Assembly (NCBI RefSeq): GCF_009914755.1
Contig: NC_060930.1
Length of the DNA stretch: 64,000 nt
Source of the DNA: the human T2T-CHM13v2.0 reference genome, Homo sapiens
Reading direction: 5' to 3' (one strand)
Shown: one piece after another, positions 61,701-64,000 of the stretch
How the letters are laid out: each line of letters opens with the position of its first letter
Position numbering within the stretch: the first letter of the stretch is position 1
Notes under the pieces: model-generated
Told to the model about the DNA's origin: nothing
The model's database searches: none
What the model saw: the letters and a program-made list of their open reading frames with translations, nothing else
Translations under genes and position numbers: made by a program

Positions 61701-62420
61701 GAAAATACTGACGGAAAAGAGGTGACAAAAGGAGAGACCTGCAATATTATATTGGCTTTCTCTCAGGCAACTGCTTGGCCTGTCTTTATATTCCTTTTGA
61801 ATCTCTGCATATGTACGGGCCATTATTTATTTTCACAACTAACAAATGCAGACTTTCTGTGTAATGACAACAAAGCCAAACCAGCTGCTACCAAAGGAGG
61901 GAAAATCAGAAGAGAAGGAAAAAGAACAAGGGAAGCTTGGGGAAAAGCTGAATGTGGGTCCTTCTGTTGCTGCAGGGGCTGGGGTGGGCCCGGTGATTCC
62001 TACTGAGAGGCGTTTTCTCTCCCCGCTTCCTGTCTTTCTGGTTCCATCTCATTCACCTCCTGTCCCCTCCACTTCCTGCCAGTCAAACCTTAGATTCCTC
62101 CAGAGGCTTTTTATTTTTATCTTTTGATGGGCAAGAAAATAGTGCGGATTATTTTTCCAAACCTTCACCTGAACATCACATCGTGGCTTTGGCCCTATGG
62201 GCTTGGTTCATCCGGGCCTGCACAGAAGGACTTTTCGGGCCAGTCTGGTCACATACATCGAGTCCTGTCTTTTCAGTTAAAAAAAAAAACACACACACAC
62301 ACTGCTATGTTTCACTAAGACAACTGGTGTGAGTTGTTTTTTAGAAAATCAACTCTACTTCAGTAAGATTTTCTCAAGCATTATCTTGAGAAGACCAGAT
62401 AATAAAATTTAAAAAGAATT

Positions 62421-62564
62421 TCTTCTTTTTTTTTTATTATACTTTAAGTTTTAGGGTACATGTGCACATTGTGCAGGTTAGTTACATATGTATACATGTG
62501 CCATGCTGGTGAGCTGCACCCACTAACTCGTCATCTAGCATTAGGTATATCTCCCGATGCTATC
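62421..62564 (-). mobile_element. Very short L1PA2/3 3' tip
   Basis: CACTAACTCGTCATCTAGCATTAGG (GAG diagnostic), T-tail. Confidence 0.9.
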
Positions 62565-63112
62565 TTAATGCAACTTAAATCAATTGCTTTAATAACACAT
62601 ATTGACCAAGTTACACTCATTAAGGAAAAAAAACTACTTTGTTGTTTTTCTTCTTCTGACGTGAGCTGAAGACTTAGAAATAGTTGTTAATAGTGTTTGG
62701 TTAATAAGAATTTGTTTTAATTGCATATATCAAATATGTATTTATTAAACTTTTCTTTTTGTCAGTTTATCAATTCTAGCTTTGTCACAAAAGGTTTGCC
62801 GTATGAACATGATTCTGTTGTACATCTATTTCCATTTTTGTTAAGAGACGAATTCAATTGTAAAAATCTAGTACCTTTTATTCATTAAACATGTTAGTTC
62901 AGGAATTTCACTTGGTTCTACAAAGATACATATCTACAGTGGATGGCCAGTGCAAACATGAGACTCAGCCAACTGGTCTCTGACCCAATTCAGTTCTCCT
63001 GTCTTCTTCTGGCTTACAAAGTAACTGGCTCTGGGGAGAAAGTGAGTCAAAGTAATATTTGGTTTGAATGGTTATTGACTATTTTCTTCTGAAACTTAAT
63101 GTATACTAATTA

Positions 63113-63426
<314 letters not shown>

Positions 63427-64000
63427 ATATACTCATTTTTTGTTAAAAGCTGAAATATATCAGCATATACTGCATAAATACCACAGGAGACTAAACACTG
63501 AAAGTTTCTTTAGGGTATCAGAAGAATACACTTTTCGCTTGCAGTTAGCATCTGCACAGATAAGTTTTGTTTCTGGTTCTATTACTTCTTCAGTTTGACC
63601 CTATTAATAAGGACAATTCTAAAAATAATAACTGTGTCTGGATATCTGAATCCGTGTGTGGTCTTTTACTGAAGTTACAGGTTTATAACTCTGCTGACTA
63701 GTTTGCTGGTTTCTGTTATGCAATAGAAGAGTGCAAATGTTAATTTGATCTGAAGCCCGTGTATACAGTGACTTTTATAATGTATATTTAAAGATGGAAA
63801 GCCAAGTTTTATGAGGCCAGCATTTCTTGTCAAGTCCTCACTCCACCCTCTTCTAATTGGGCCTGACCCTTAAGTTGAATAAAGAACAAAGAGCTCTGTA
63901 GTTAAAACATTTCACTGCATGTTGCATCTTGCCCTTAGTAAATGGAAAAAAATAGAGACTTAAGCAGAGAATCTGAACTAGGGTGTGAAATATATATTCA

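Overview
This is primate, almost certainly human, genomic DNA from inside ESR1 (estrogen receptor alpha), transcribed on the + strand. The only coding sequence is the 191-nt second coding exon (27829-28019). It encodes the end of AF-1, Ser167, Met174/Met176 and the first C4 zinc finger with the P-box. About 27.8 kb of the upstream intron and 36 kb of the downstream intron fill the rest. The introns are a transposon mosaic: about 17 Alus, many L1s including a human-specific pre-Ta L1HS and four 5'-inverted (twin-primed) L1s, THE1/MLT1 LTRs, MER82/MER1A/MER2/MER53/MER58/MADE1, and L2/MIR relics. All other ORF-track entries are repeat-derived or spurious. The haplotype carries the PvuII-negative (C) and XbaI-negative (G) alleles at the classic intron 1 SNPs. 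I found no new gene or new biological system. The most unusual signals are local templated-copy events. A 30-nt in-frame insertion inside an L1 ORF2 is copied exactly from unique flank 1.4 kb away, and a non-TE 68-bp direct repeat recurs 1.1 kb apart. Also present are a tandem duplication fused to an Alu tail just upstream of the exon and a palindromic AT-rich array. Repeat subfamily names come from remembered consensus sequences, not from a database search.
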